From an uncultured cyanobacterium (GTDB lineage Bacteria; Cyanobacteriota; Cyanobacteriia; Leptolyngbyales; Leptolyngbyaceae): a stretch of 64,000 nt of DNA. The translations under genes were made by a program, and so were the position numbers. The stretch spans positions 33,953 through 97,952 of the forward strand of contig CAVYAN010000008.1 of assembly GCA_963766075.1 (NCBI GenBank), written 5' to 3'. Shown here one piece after another: positions 51,942 to 63,236 of the stretch. Every line of letters starts with the position of its first letter. Positions within the stretch are counted from its first letter, which is position 1. The notes under the pieces were generated by a model. It did not search any database, was not told the DNA's origin, and was given only the letters and a program-made list of their open reading frames with translations.

Positions 51942-53308
51942 AGCCTCGGATCTAAGACGATACGTCGCTGGGCCATGCTATGGGCGGCGGCAAACAATGC
52001 GATATTCAATAACCAAAACTCCATGCCCATTTGGCCATTGAACAGGGGGTTATTAAAGGTAATGGCGATCGCGCCAATGTCATAGGCTAAAACAACTCCA
52101 GCCCAAATCTGCAATGCTTCTGTTTGCCGGTTCATCGCAATTGTCCAGGCCACGTAACAGGCAGTCAGCAAAGCACCGCTATAGGCAATGATGAGCGGTA
52201 CTCCACCATCGTAGAGCCATGCTGTCCACTGGATTTCTGCCCATATCGTACCGGTTAAAGGATTGGATTTATCACCAAAATAGTCATTAATCATGCCCCA
52301 GCGCCCTAACCCGGCTCCCAAGGGATATTCCGGCAGCAAGCTAGTGAGAGTATATTCCAAGAAAAAGCCCCGATTGTTGTATACAACGGCATCAGGGCGA
52401 TCGGCAATGAGGCTGAATAGGCGATTGCTGGTGCTATCTCCCCCCATCTGTAAGGCAAGGGTCAGGCTAGTGATGGCGAGGATGGCTGTGCCGCCTAGCA
52501 TCGCGGACAGGCGGGCTAACTTTCCTTGCAGGAGCAACATGCCTGCCAAAATGATCAGACAAATCAATCCATAGAGCAGTGTGGAGCGTACCTGGGATAC
52601 ATAAATGCAAAACATGCCCATGGCAATTGTACCGATGCTGATGCACCGCAGGAGTAGGCTCCGTTCCTGTAGGGCAATTCCTGTGCCTAATAGCAGGGCA
52701 TAAAAGCCAGAGGTCGCAGCGGCCCCCGGAACATCGCTGAGTCCAGTTGGGCGATAGATTGATTGTCCATTTGCCAACATGATTTTGAACTGTTCGCCTC
52801 CGAAGACGTTGGTTTCAATGACGTTGGAGATTTCAAATTGAAATGTTTGCGGATAATAAATCTGTAAGACGCCGACTAAAGAGCTGAAGCTATGAAAGCC
52901 CCATAAAATAAACAGCAACCAGCGAAAACTATCAACGGTGATGGGTAGGCGGCTGGCCCAAAATAAGGGGGCTAAAATGGCCAGATAAACGCCGCACTGG
53001 GCTAGTCCTGCGGGCAATGAATTTAAGTAAGGGTGCCAGAGGAGTTCCATGGCCATGATTCCCAAAATGGCGATCGCCCAAGGCTTAGCGGGATGCTTTA
53101 GTCCGGGACCGCGCACTCGGGTTAATAGCACTAGGCTGAGGGCAAAGGCGGCGACTCGCATGGGCATGCGGACAGCCCCCCCCTGGGGAAACAGCAACAG
53201 TATTTGCAAAACAAATTGCAGCAGGATGAATCCATGAATCCAACCCCAGGGCGGGAGTTGAAATGCAGACTTGGCTGAACGGGGCGATTTGCGCCAAGTG
53301 TCAAGCAT
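51932..53308 (-). CDS. Wzy/O-antigen-ligase-like polymerase
   Basis: Multi-TM; RPTGL, SQVRS, YPLGAGLGRWG. Confidence 0.75.
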   Translation of the reverse strand: MLDTWRKSPRSAKSAFQLPPWGWIHGFILLQFVLQILLLFPQGGAVRMPMRVAAFALSLVLLTRVRGPGLKHPAKPWAIAILGIMAMELLWHPYLNSLPAGLAQCGVYLAILAPLFWASRLPITVDSFRWLLFILWGFHSFSSLVGVLQIYYPQTFQFEISNVIETNVFGGEQFKIMLANGQSIYRPTGLSDVPGAAATSGFYALLLGTGIALQERSLLLRCISIGTIAMGMFCIYVSQVRSTLLYGLICLIILAGMLLLQGKLARLSAMLGGTAILAITSLTLALQMGGDSTSNRLFSLIADRPDAVVYNNRGFFLEYTLTSLLPEYPLGAGLGRWGMINDYFGDKSNPLTGTIWAEIQWTAWLYDGGVPLIIAYSGALLTACYVAWTIAMNRQTEALQIWAGVVLAYDIGAIAITFNNPLFNGQMGMEFWLLNIALFAAAHSMAQRRIVLDPRLWR

Positions 53309-53560
53309 AGTGCAAGTTCCTATGGGCTTACAAGTAGGTTGCTGGATAACTCCGGGGCGGGCCTACTCTGGGTTAACAAGGGCAGTGGGAAATCTACCGA
53401 CTCCCTATACTTAAACTCCATTTACAGGGGGGAACTCATCGGTGCCATTACCGAACATACTGGGCCTGATAGCCCGATTTCCGTGGGATTACCGGAGTGG
53501 GATTGCGGAGAGATTGGCTGTAAGGGGCATGAATTGAGGCCGTAGATTGAGGCTATGGAT

Positions 53561-54817
53561 TTAGGCGAGCACGGATTGGGAATTCCAGGCGGCGATCGCC
53601 CGCTCATAAACCCTGAAACTTTTGCGGGCCATCAGAATGTGGTCGAACTGACGTGCCCGCTGGCGACTGGCAATGCGGAACCTTTCATGTAAACTCGGTT
53701 CTGCCAGCAGGCGATTGGCCGCCTCGGCCAGGGCGGAGACATTGTCTAAGGGAATGGTGAAGCCTTCTTGTTCATGGCGACTGACCCAGGATACGCCACT
53801 GTGGGGGACTTGTGCATTAATCACAGGACAGCCACTGGCCATGGCTTCTACTTGCACAAGACCAAAGGCTTCGCTGCGGGCATTAGACGGGAACCAGAGG
53901 GCTGTTGCTGCATGGTAGGCCCCAATCAGTTCGGCTTGGCTGGCATAGGGTAACCAGACAATGCGATCGCTGACGCCCAAAGTCTCTGCCTGCTGTTTTA
54001 GTTCGGCTTGCAATTCACCTTTGCCCACGATGATCAAGGTGCCTGGGACTGAGGCTAGAGCAGCGATCGCGATATGCAGAGCCTTATAGTAAACCATACG
54101 ACCCACGGCCAGCCAAATGGGGCCATGGCCATGGGCTTCTAATAGCTTTTCGGTTTCAGCCTGGGCCATGGGACTGGGTTCCGTATAGACAGATAAGTCA
54201 ATTCCTAGGGGTAACACGTCTACGCGATCACAGTGGGGCTTTAAAAAATTCGATCCCGACAGATACTCTGGGCTGGTGGTTAAAACCTGTGCTGCTTGGT
54301 TATAAACATAATGCATTAAGGGATTGACGATATGTTTTAGAAAGCGTTGTTTAATAATATCGCTGTGATGAGTAATTACGAGCGGAATGGTAGCCTGGGA
54401 AAGACTCCAATGCATGGCCATTGCTGGGTTCGGCGTGTGCAAATGGGCAATATCATAGTTTGTTGCGCGAGAACTGAAATACTGCGAAAATTCCCGGAAA
54501 AAGTCAACCCGTGCTAGGGTAAACAGCCGCCCCATCCGAATGACGCGCACATTTCTGTCTAGCTCTTCGACTGTGTCAGTTCCATGGGCGGGATGCCCGT
54601 CGGTATCTGTTGTATTGATACAAATTACATCGACTTTTGCGCCGAGGTCTGCCTGGATGGTGGCTAGTGTCCGCACATGGGTTTCGATGCCACCGGGATG
54701 GGGAGGATAATACTTGGATAGATGGCAGATGCGTAAAGTTTCCAGAGAACCGCTAGTCCTGGCAGTTCTGGAGTCTTGGCCGAGCTTAGATTTTGCCAGT
54801 GCTGAAATAGAAACCAT
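53561..54817 (-). CDS. GT4 glycosyltransferase
   Basis: KYYPPHPGGIE, RSEAFGLVQVEAMASG. Confidence 0.9.
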   Translation of the reverse strand: MVSISALAKSKLGQDSRTARTSGSLETLRICHLSKYYPPHPGGIETHVRTLATIQADLGAKVDVICINTTDTDGHPAHGTDTVEELDRNVRVIRMGRLFTLARVDFFREFSQYFSSRATNYDIAHLHTPNPAMAMHWSLSQATIPLVITHHSDIIKQRFLKHIVNPLMHYVYNQAAQVLTTSPEYLSGSNFLKPHCDRVDVLPLGIDLSVYTEPSPMAQAETEKLLEAHGHGPIWLAVGRMVYYKALHIAIAALASVPGTLIIVGKGELQAELKQQAETLGVSDRIVWLPYASQAELIGAYHAATALWFPSNARSEAFGLVQVEAMASGCPVINAQVPHSGVSWVSRHEQEGFTIPLDNVSALAEAANRLLAEPSLHERFRIASRQRARQFDHILMARKSFRVYERAIAAWNSQSVLA

Positions 54818-55278
54818 GAAAAAATCCCCCCGTCATCAGTACGGTAGACTCGAAAAGTAGATGGGTTGGTAAAAAATCGCGGATAAGAATCTAAATTCCC
54901 CCTACGCGCGATCGCCTGCTGGAATGCATGCCGTCAATGTCTGAATAATTTTGGATTCGGGCCAAATAATAGATATGTCTATGACTTATTTATTCCCTTC
55001 TAATGGTGGCTGATAACGTTCTTTTGTGAGTTTGTTTTAGGCATTCTCTATCTGTATAAGAATTTAAATTTCGATCTCAAGTGAGGCTAAATATTCTTCC
55101 CTTTAATGTATTAAGAGCCACCATGTTTCCTGCTAAAAAAGAAACGTGATGGCTCGAGTAATGTTGAATGATCATTCATCGATCATTGTTAATTCAATTA
55201 ATCTGTGCCTGCCCACTGATTTTGATGTGGCCCCTAGTGAAAAAGCCACAGCGGTGCAAACATGTGGGGAGAGCTACG

Positions 55279-56568
55279 TTACGGCATCAGTAGCCGCAGT
55301 AGGCCAAAAGCCCCGGTAATGGGACTGACGATCGCATTCAACAGATCAGAAGCCTTGGCTGTATTGCTGCGATTCACCACAATCACATCATTTTGATGAA
55401 TGGCGGGATTGGTGGCATCGTTTAGCCCCTTAGACAAATCCAGCTTAAATTCCTTCCGCTCCACACTGCCGTTTGGCATTAACCGAATCAACTCGATCTT
55501 GGTTTTGCGACCCCGACCGGGAGTTACACCGCCTGCGGCCAAGATCGCCTGATTCAGTGTTGAGTTCGGACGGATACCGACTGAGCCTGGGCGCACTACT
55601 TCACCGACCACATTCACCTGCACCTGTTCGGGTGAAAAATTGCTGACGGCGACAGCGGTGGCTTCCGTCGGGTCGATTTGCGCGGCAACGGGCACGGAAA
55701 TGGTGTCGCCATCCCGCAGTAAAATATCCTGGCTGAGTTCTCCTTCTTGCAGATATTTCCACAGGTCAACCTGGATAACTTGGGGTGGAGCATTGAGCTG
55801 AGGGCGACGAACTTCTATCCGGCGAATATTGGCCGATTGGGCGATTCCTCCGGCGGTTTGAATGGCTTTGCTCACGGTGGGCCACTGGCTGCCCCCCTCG
55901 GTGCTGCTGCGTTGATTCAAACTGGACTGTGTGGCTTCACTGCCAATCACATTAATGATGTAGGATCCGGGCCGATTGACTGCGCCAATCAAGCCAATTT
56001 TTAAGGGACGGGGAGCCACGAGGCTAACGGTAATCACGGGATCTTGGACAAATCGCTTATAGCGTGCCTTTAAGGTTTCGGATGCTTGCTTTAAGGTGAG
56101 TCCTTGCACGGGCACTTCACCGACCCAGGGTAAGTTGAGGGTGCCGTCTAGGAGTACCGTATAGCGTGGCTCAAAGGTGAGTTCTGGTGTGTCAAAAATG
56201 TCAAGACGTACTAAATCCCCCGCGCCCAGGGCGTAGGCGCTATCGGTGGGCCGGGTGGTGGTGGTGGGTGCAATCGCCCCGACTGCTAGGGAGGATTCAG
56301 ATTGGGAGGGCGTTGAGGTCCGGGGAGCGGCAGGAGCTAGGGGTGGCACGGCAATTGTGGGAACGGCGGCAGTCCGAGATGGGTCCATTTGGGCTTGTCC
56401 TTGCGGAGCGGTGACTAGGCCCGCGAGGACAAGCCCAAGGGAAAGGCCGAGAGTAAGGCCCATAGAGGGCTGTGGAGAGGGGTGTGAGTGGGGGAGATTG
56501 AGTCCTGTCATGGGTCCGCAGGGTTTATGGGTAAGGTGGATTTGGGGCCGGGAAAACGCATTGAGCAC
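55279..56568 (-). CDS. wza: Wza/KpsD-like polysaccharide export protein with SLBB domains (start uncertain)
   Basis: YALGAGD, DGTLNLPWVG, GAVNRPG, GEVVRPG. Confidence 0.9.
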   Translation of the reverse strand: MLNAFSRPQIHLTHKPCGPMTGLNLPHSHPSPQPSMGLTLGLSLGLVLAGLVTAPQGQAQMDPSRTAAVPTIAVPPLAPAAPRTSTPSQSESSLAVGAIAPTTTTRPTDSAYALGAGDLVRLDIFDTPELTFEPRYTVLLDGTLNLPWVGEVPVQGLTLKQASETLKARYKRFVQDPVITVSLVAPRPLKIGLIGAVNRPGSYIINVIGSEATQSSLNQRSSTEGGSQWPTVSKAIQTAGGIAQSANIRRIEVRRPQLNAPPQVIQVDLWKYLQEGELSQDILLRDGDTISVPVAAQIDPTEATAVAVSNFSPEQVQVNVVGEVVRPGSVGIRPNSTLNQAILAAGGVTPGRGRKTKIELIRLMPNGSVERKEFKLDLSKGLNDATNPAIHQNDVIVVNRSNTAKASDLLNAIVSPITGAFGLLRLLMP

Positions 56569-56625
56569 CCGTCATCAAGAATCGGAGAGGATCTAAACCA
56601 GAGATTGAGGGTAAAGGGCCGGGGA

Positions 56626-57114
56626 TTAGGGATCTACCAACTTGCTCATGCCTCTGGCTTCGCGGAGTTGGTTGCTGAGGGTGCGAAATTCTGCGCTCTT
56701 AAACAGTGCGAGCAGAATGCTGGGATTACTACTGTTAATGAGCTGGTTATAGGACTGAATTGTGGCCCCTAAAATGTTCCAGTCAGAGGGGTTAGATACC
56801 TTGCCTGCATCGCCGGGATTGCTGGCGATCGCCGTGATGGAGAGAACCGGTTGGGCCATTTGAGCGCCTAACTGGGACGCTTCACTGCGGCTGTGTTGGG
56901 AGCTGGTGGCGAGGAATGTCCCCAGGCCGATCGCCTGTTGCAGTGCCGTTGGTGATGCCCCGGCCTCGGCCAGTCCGGCCAAGGTTCCCGCGAGAATGGC
57001 GGCTGTTCCATAAAGCCCAACCGTACTCAGAATGGAGCCTGTAATGGCCAGCGTTCTGAGGCAATGACGCACCTTGGAAGTGTCGGTCGGCTGGAGGTGA
57101 TGCTCTGATTTCAT
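56626..57114 (-). CDS. Hypothetical protein upstream of wza
   Basis: 162-aa ORF with N-terminal hydrophobic segment, co-oriented with wza. Confidence 0.5.
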   Translation of the reverse strand: MKSEHHLQPTDTSKVRHCLRTLAITGSILSTVGLYGTAAILAGTLAGLAEAGASPTALQQAIGLGTFLATSSQHSRSEASQLGAQMAQPVLSITAIASNPGDAGKVSNPSDWNILGATIQSYNQLINSSNPSILLALFKSAEFRTLSNQLREARGMSKLVDP

Positions 57115-57408
57115 GACTATCGCTCGACCAATCCGTGGAAGTTATGGGGAGACTGCTACACCCTAATCAATCATTGGGAGGATAAGCTCTGTAGGATCTC
57201 GGGTCTTTAGAGGCTGCTATTGCTGTCAATTCCGTGACACTACCGAATCCACATGCGGGTCTTCATGAAACACTGTGGGTAGTCGAAGCATCTATGTTCC
57301 CTCCTCCCCGGAGATTGCCCTAAAGCTTTCAGTATTTTTACGTATAGTCGTTCCACATCCATCAAACGGGGGAACGCTGTCAATACGGAATAACACTCAC
57401 CGAGTCCT

Positions 57409-59715
57409 ATGAGTACCAATCCTCGTTCCAGTTCTTCTCTTTCTGCTGCCAACCTCAGGTCCGAGGTTTCCCAAAGTACGTCGATTCAGTATTTGACGCC
57501 TAAATCAATTGAGACCAAATCCGAAGTTGATCTTAAAGAGATCTGGCAAATTGTCCAGCGTCGTCGCTGGCTGATTGCAGGCGTGGCCTGTGCGGTGTTT
57601 ACCGTGACGACGGCTTGGTCACTGTCGCGTAAGCCGGTTTACATGAGTACCTTTCGGTTGTTGATTGAGCCGACCAAGACCGATGACTCCGCTGCGCGAC
57701 AAGCCGTGGCACCGAATCTTCCCGGCTCCGGGGTGAATTATACGACCTTGACTCAGGTGCTGCGCAGCAGTGAGACGCTGCTGCCCATTTATCAGTCCTT
57801 ACAAAGGCAGTATCCCACCCTCACCTTTGATCAAATGCTCCAGGGGCTGAATTTGGTGCGTCTGAAGGATACAGAAATTATTGAAGTCAGCTACTTGGAT
57901 CAGAATTCTGCCAAGGGTCAGTTGGTGGCGGAAAAGCTGGCGGAGGGGTATCTCAACTATGGGGTGCAGTTACGGAACCGCAGTGTGCAGCAGGGCATTG
58001 ATTTTGTTGAAAAGCAACTGCCGGGATTGACGAATCGGGTTGACCAAATCCAAGGCAAGCTGGAGCGGTTTCGCAAAGACTATGAAATTGTCAATCCGGA
58101 AGACCGGGCAAAGTATTTGACTGAGTTGATTGGCCAGGTGGAGTCAGAGCAACAACAACTGCAAGCGAAGCTGGCGGAGTCAAAGACGCTTTATGGGACG
58201 TTGCAGCAACAGGTGGGCCAAAGTCCACAGGCCGCGATCGCCTCTTCGGCCTTGAGCGAATCGAAAAGTTATCAAGCTCTACGGGATCAATTGCAACAGA
58301 TTGAGACTCAAATTTCGATCAACTCGGAGCGGCTCACTCCAGAATCACCGCCGGTCCAGGCTTTGATCAAACGACGAGACGGGATGCTGAAGCAAATTGC
58401 CCAGGAGGAAGTCCGGACTCTGGGTCGCCCGAAAGCAGCCAGCGATCGCGGCAACTTGACTGGATCGTTGGTTGATCTGAATCGCCAACTGATCACAGTT
58501 AGTAATGAAATCAAGGCGATGGAGGCCCGTAATCAATCCTTACTACAAGCGGCACAACAATTGCGTGGCAGCTTTGCTGTCATTCCCACAATTGTCCGTC
58601 AGAATACCGATTTGCAGCGAGAACTGCTGTTGGCCAACAATAGTTTGGATCGGTTTCTAGCGAGTCGGGAAACCCTGCAAATTGAAGCGGCCCAGAAAAA
58701 TAAGCCCTGGCAGATTATTGCGGCCCCGATGCAGCGTCCTGCCCCGGTGTTTCCCAGCATTCCTCAGAGTGCAGGCTTAGGTTTTATTGGTAGCTTGTTC
58801 TTGGGGGTAATGGCGGCCTTATTAGCAGAGAAACTGGATGATGTCCTCTATTCAGCGGAAGAACTGAAGCAGGATAGCAAGTTCCCCATCCTCAGCATTG
58901 TGCCGTTCTACAAACATGTCGGCACCATGCGATTGCCGGCCCAGGTCGCCTATCCAACCAGTGGGGTGGGTGGTTTGCCTCCGGCTGTGGACGTTAAGGC
59001 TGCCCCAGCGCCGTTCCTTGACCTCAGTGATGATGCGGCCATCTTCCGCGAAGCCTTCCGCAGTTTGTACCTGAGTCTTTCCATGCGGGAAACGATTGAT
59101 TCCCTCCATTCGGTTGTGGTGACTTCTCCCCTAGCGTCAGATGGCAAGTCTACGGTGGCGTTGAACCTGGCGTTGGCGGCGGCTACCATGGGGCGGCGGG
59201 TGCTGCTCGTGGATGCTGATTTGTATCGCCCCAGAGCACATATTTACTCACACCTCACCAATAATCAAGGTTTGAGCCAAGTTTTGACGACGGATGTGGC
59301 GGTGCAGGGTCTGATTCAACAGTCCTTGATGGAACGCAATTTGTTTGTGTTGACCGCAGGGGAACGGCAGTCGGATGCGAGTCGGTTGCTGTCTTCTCCC
59401 AAAATGCTTCAGATTATGGACTCTGTGAAGTCTGATTATGATCTGATTATCTATGACACGCCGCCACTGTTGGGGTTCTCCGATAGTTTGATTCTCTCCA
59501 GCCATACCGACGGGAGTCTCGTAGTAGTAGGTTTGGGAAATACGGGACGCGCGGCCTTAGTGGAGTCCTTTAACCATTTGCAAATGTCGGGTAATCGGAT
59601 TCTGGGTGTGGTGGCGAACTGTTTGAAGCCGGGGATGAGCTCGGTGTACAAATATCACGAATATGTGCGCCAAAATTACAATGCCTCTAAGGCATCTGAG
59701 GTCGTGGAGGCGTAA
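57409..59715 (+). CDS. wzc: Wzc/GumC polysaccharide co-polymerase tyrosine kinase
   Basis: EAFRSL, DGKST, LLVDADL, IYDTPP, Tyr-containing tail. Confidence 0.92.
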   Translation: MSTNPRSSSSLSAANLRSEVSQSTSIQYLTPKSIETKSEVDLKEIWQIVQRRRWLIAGVACAVFTVTTAWSLSRKPVYMSTFRLLIEPTKTDDSAARQAVAPNLPGSGVNYTTLTQVLRSSETLLPIYQSLQRQYPTLTFDQMLQGLNLVRLKDTEIIEVSYLDQNSAKGQLVAEKLAEGYLNYGVQLRNRSVQQGIDFVEKQLPGLTNRVDQIQGKLERFRKDYEIVNPEDRAKYLTELIGQVESEQQQLQAKLAESKTLYGTLQQQVGQSPQAAIASSALSESKSYQALRDQLQQIETQISINSERLTPESPPVQALIKRRDGMLKQIAQEEVRTLGRPKAASDRGNLTGSLVDLNRQLITVSNEIKAMEARNQSLLQAAQQLRGSFAVIPTIVRQNTDLQRELLLANNSLDRFLASRETLQIEAAQKNKPWQIIAAPMQRPAPVFPSIPQSAGLGFIGSLFLGVMAALLAEKLDDVLYSAEELKQDSKFPILSIVPFYKHVGTMRLPAQVAYPTSGVGGLPPAVDVKAAPAPFLDLSDDAAIFREAFRSLYLSLSMRETIDSLHSVVVTSPLASDGKSTVALNLALAAATMGRRVLLVDADLYRPRAHIYSHLTNNQGLSQVLTTDVAVQGLIQQSLMERNLFVLTAGERQSDASRLLSSPKMLQIMDSVKSDYDLIIYDTPPLLGFSDSLILSSHTDGSLVVVGLGNTGRAALVESFNHLQMSGNRILGVVANCLKPGMSSVYKYHEYVRQNYNASKASEVVEA

Positions 59716-59947
59716 TGAGCGATCGCCCATGGGGCCAGATGGGACAGGATGTCTTGGATCCGAGGGCTGGAGATCAGCGTTGAGTTTGGATGAGGATGAG
59801 GTTTGGTGTTGCTGAATGCATCAGATTCGGCAACACCAATTTTTTTAACGAATATTTTTAGCTAATATTTTTGGAAAATACATTTTAGCCAATCGGCCAA
59901 TGGTTTGAGCGCCAGCATGGTTGGATTGGCATATTTCGGGGTAGCTC

Positions 59948-59968
59948 TTGACAGTAATTTCTATTTAA
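59948..59968. promoter_or_regulatory. Possible Fur-box-like AT-rich site upstream of futA
   Basis: TTGACAGTAATTTCTATTTAA; weak match, supported mainly by context. Confidence 0.3.
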
Positions 59969-60110
59969 CCTATTCTTGGCTAGTGATATTTTTTGTCAGT
60001 TGTGGTTGTACAGAGGTCTGGAAAGCTTTCCCTGTCTGTACGCTGGCTTTTCTATGGAATATTTTCCGTAGAACTGATTGTTGCAGTCGTCTACTTGAGT
60101 TGAATTGATC

Positions 60111-61180
60111 ATGAATGTTACTCGCCGTGTGTTCCTGGGGGCTGGTGCCGCCACCGTTGCTGTTGCGGCTGGGAGTGGCTGCACCCCCGGTTGGGGATGG
60201 CCCAAAGTCGCGATCGTGTCATTAATTTGTATTCCGCTCGCCACTATGGCACGGATACGGCTATCTATGATAGCTTTACGCGAAAAACTGGCATTAAGGT
60301 CAATTTAGTGGAAGCCGATGCCGATAAGTTGATTGAACGGATTAAAAGTGAAGGGGTCAACAGTCCAGCCGATGTGATCATCACGGTGGATGCGGGGCGA
60401 CTGGCTCGAGCGCAGGATGCGGGTATTTTGCAGGCGGTGAACTCGCCGGTGCTGAATGCCGCGATTCCCAGTAATTTGCGTGATCCGAATGGACTTTGGT
60501 TTGGGCTGGCCAAGCGGGCGCGCGTGATTCTTTACAACAAGGACAAGGTGCGGCCCAGCGAACTATCTACCTACGAAGATTTGGCTAATGCCAAGTGGAA
60601 GGGACGGTTGATAGCGCGTAGTTCTACCCATGTGTATAACCAGTCTCTCACGGGGGCAATTTTGGCAGCCTACGGTGAGTCCAAGACTGAAGCCTGGGCG
60701 CGGGGCCTGGTTGCTAATTTTGCCCGGTCTCCTGAAGGGAACGATACGGCGCAGATTCGGGCGATCGCGGCAGGCGTGGCCGATGTCACCTTTGTCAATA
60801 CGTACTATTTGCCCCGCTTAGCCAAATCGGATAAGCCGGAGGACAAGGCGGTAGCGGCGAAGATTGGTGTATTTTTCCCGAATCAGGGGGCGGGCGATCG
60901 CGGTGTTCATGTCAATATTAGTGGGGGTGCTGTGCTGAAAACTGCGCCTCATCGGGACGCGGCGGTTCAGTTTCTGGAGCATTTGGTGAGTCGCGAGGCC
61001 CAGGAGATTTTTGCTAAAAGTAGCTATGAATATCCGGTACTGTCTGGTGTGGCGATCGATCCGATCTTGGCCAGCTATGGCGACTTAGCCAAATTAAAGC
61101 AGGACAAGCTGAATGCGGCTACCTTTGGCAAAAACAATCGGCTAGCGCTGCAAATTATGGATCGAGCGGGCTGGAAATAG
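60111..61180 (+). CDS. futA: Fe(III) ABC transporter substrate-binding protein; Tat signal separated by a 1-nt frameshift near 60171
   Basis: TRRVFL Tat motif; NLYSARHY, SPADV.ITVDAG, NTYY, GVHVNISG. Confidence 0.92.
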
Positions 61181-61290
61181 CGGGTGACTTTCTGTCCGAA
61201 ATCCAGATGGGCTGAGTTGGGCTTGGATTTGCTCTGTGTCTCGGCGAACACCCTGTAGAATTGCCTCAGTCCTTTTGCGTTGTGCTGCCT

Positions 61291-62040
61291 ATGTCCACTG
61301 TTCTGGTATTTCTGACCAAGGGTGGCCCCGTGATGATTCCCATTGCGGGGTTATCCATTGCTACAACGGCCTGCGCCTTGGAGCGGGGCTGGTTTTGGCT
61401 ACGGACTCTGCGGGGGGAGAATCGACTGGCTCATTTGATTTTAGAGACGGCACGACAGGATTGGGATAGGGCGCGGATGATTGCTGAAGCCTCGGCGGAG
61501 TTGCCCATTGCTCGGTTTATGCTGGCGGGGCTGAAACTGCATCAACCGACGCCGGAAACGTTACGTCTCGCCCTCGAGACCCAGGGCGATCGCGAATTTA
61601 TTACTATGCGCAGAGGCGATAAACTGCTCGAAACCATTGTCGGCATTGCGCCGTTGCTGGGCTTGCTGGGCACGGTGACGGGGTTGATTGCCACCTTTCT
61701 CAATTTACGCATTGGAGGTGGCTCTGCGGTGGATACGACCAAAGCGGCTTTGGGCATTGCGGAAGCCCTGATTACCACGGCTGGTGGGATGATTGTGGCG
61801 ATTTTGGCTCTGCTGGTGTATCGCGTTTGTATTGCGTTGCAGACGAACCAGATTGAGTTTTTCTCGGATATGGGTAATGAACTTGAACTGACTTATCGAC
61901 AGATTTGGTATGAATTGGCAACTCCAAAGGATAAATTTTATGAATCAATTAATAAACAGTCTTTTGATGCAACACTTTTACATCAACTGGCTGAACTCAT
62001 TCACAAAATCGTTCAGCATGAGTCTATGACTAAAGACTAG
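61291..62040 (+). CDS. exbB: ExbB/TolQ/MotA proton-channel protein
   Basis: KGGPVMIP, APLLGLLGTVTG, GIAEALITTAGG. Confidence 0.88.
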   Translation: MSTVLVFLTKGGPVMIPIAGLSIATTACALERGWFWLRTLRGENRLAHLILETARQDWDRARMIAEASAELPIARFMLAGLKLHQPTPETLRLALETQGDREFITMRRGDKLLETIVGIAPLLGLLGTVTGLIATFLNLRIGGGSAVDTTKAALGIAEALITTAGGMIVAILALLVYRVCIALQTNQIEFFSDMGNELELTYRQIWYELATPKDKFYESINKQSFDATLLHQLAELIHKIVQHESMTKD

Positions 62041-62122
62041 TAGATCAGTTATTTTGGGCGCAGGAAATGTGGATTGACAATGATGAATGAAAGTTAAAAT
62101 GTAGAAATTTTCTAAGAAGATA

Positions 62123-63236
62123 CTACCCAGAGCGCCAAATAGTTAACATGGTAATGTAGCTATTCCAGGAAGAAGCCATGCAACTGAAAGATGCTCGACA
62201 CCTATCTCCAGATGCGCAAGAAGCCCTGCGTTATCGGGTGGTCAGTGCAATTGAGAATGGCATGAGCAAGTCAGAAGCGGCTAGGGTCTTCAGTGTTTCA
62301 AGAACGGCTGTGCATCATTGGACGAAAGCCGTCAACGAACAAGGCCGTCGGGCATTGAAGGCGAAAAAGCGAGGGCGACGCAGCTCATCTCGGTTAGCCC
62401 CTCACCAAGCGGCAACAACGGTTCGCCTCATTACCCAGAAGTGTCCAGAACAATTAGACTTGCCGTTTGCGTTGTGGACGCGCGAGGGAGTGCGCCAATT
62501 GATCGAGCAGCGCTATGGCATCTCGGTTTCGGTCTGGACGATTGGCCGGTATTTGAAACGATGGGGGCTGCCCCCTCAGAAACCGTTGCGACGAGCTTAT
62601 GAGCAAGACCCCAAAGCGGTTAAACAGTGGTTAGAGGTGGATTACCCCGCGATTGTCAAGCTCGCAAAACAGGCGGGTGCCGAGATACACTGGGGTGATG
62701 AAATGGGACTGCGCTCAGACGACCAAACCGGACACTCCTATGGCAAGCGAGGGCAGACTCCGGTGATTCCTGGCACCGGACAACGATTTCGTTGCAATGT
62801 GATCTCAACGCTGAACAATCACGGCACCCTGTACTTCAAGTTGTTCACACAAAACTTCAATGGCGACGTGATGCTGGACTTTTTGCGTCGCTTGATTGGG
62901 CAGATTCCCCAAAAGGTATTTTTGATTGTGGACAAGCACCCGGTGCATCTTTCGGCGAAAGTCCATCGTTGGTTGGAGAAACATGCTGAGCGGATTCGGA
63001 TGTTTTTGTTACCCTCCTATAGTCCAGAACTCAATCCTGACGAGTTGCTCAACCACGATGTCAAAGCGAATGCTGTGGGGCGAAAACGAGCGAAAACCAA
63101 GCGTGAGATGATGGAGAATATTCGTCATCATTTACGTCGTCGGCAACGACAACCAGAAATTGTAAGACGCTTCTTCCATGAAGAACATGTGACTTATGCG
63201 GCCTAAAAAGTGTTCACTATATCCTGCTCTGGTTAG
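62123..63236 (+). mobile_element. IS630-family element; transposase 62178-63206
   Basis: TA|CTACCCAGAGC ... GCTCTGGTTAG|TA; WGDE, VD, LPSYSPELNPDE. Confidence 0.93.
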
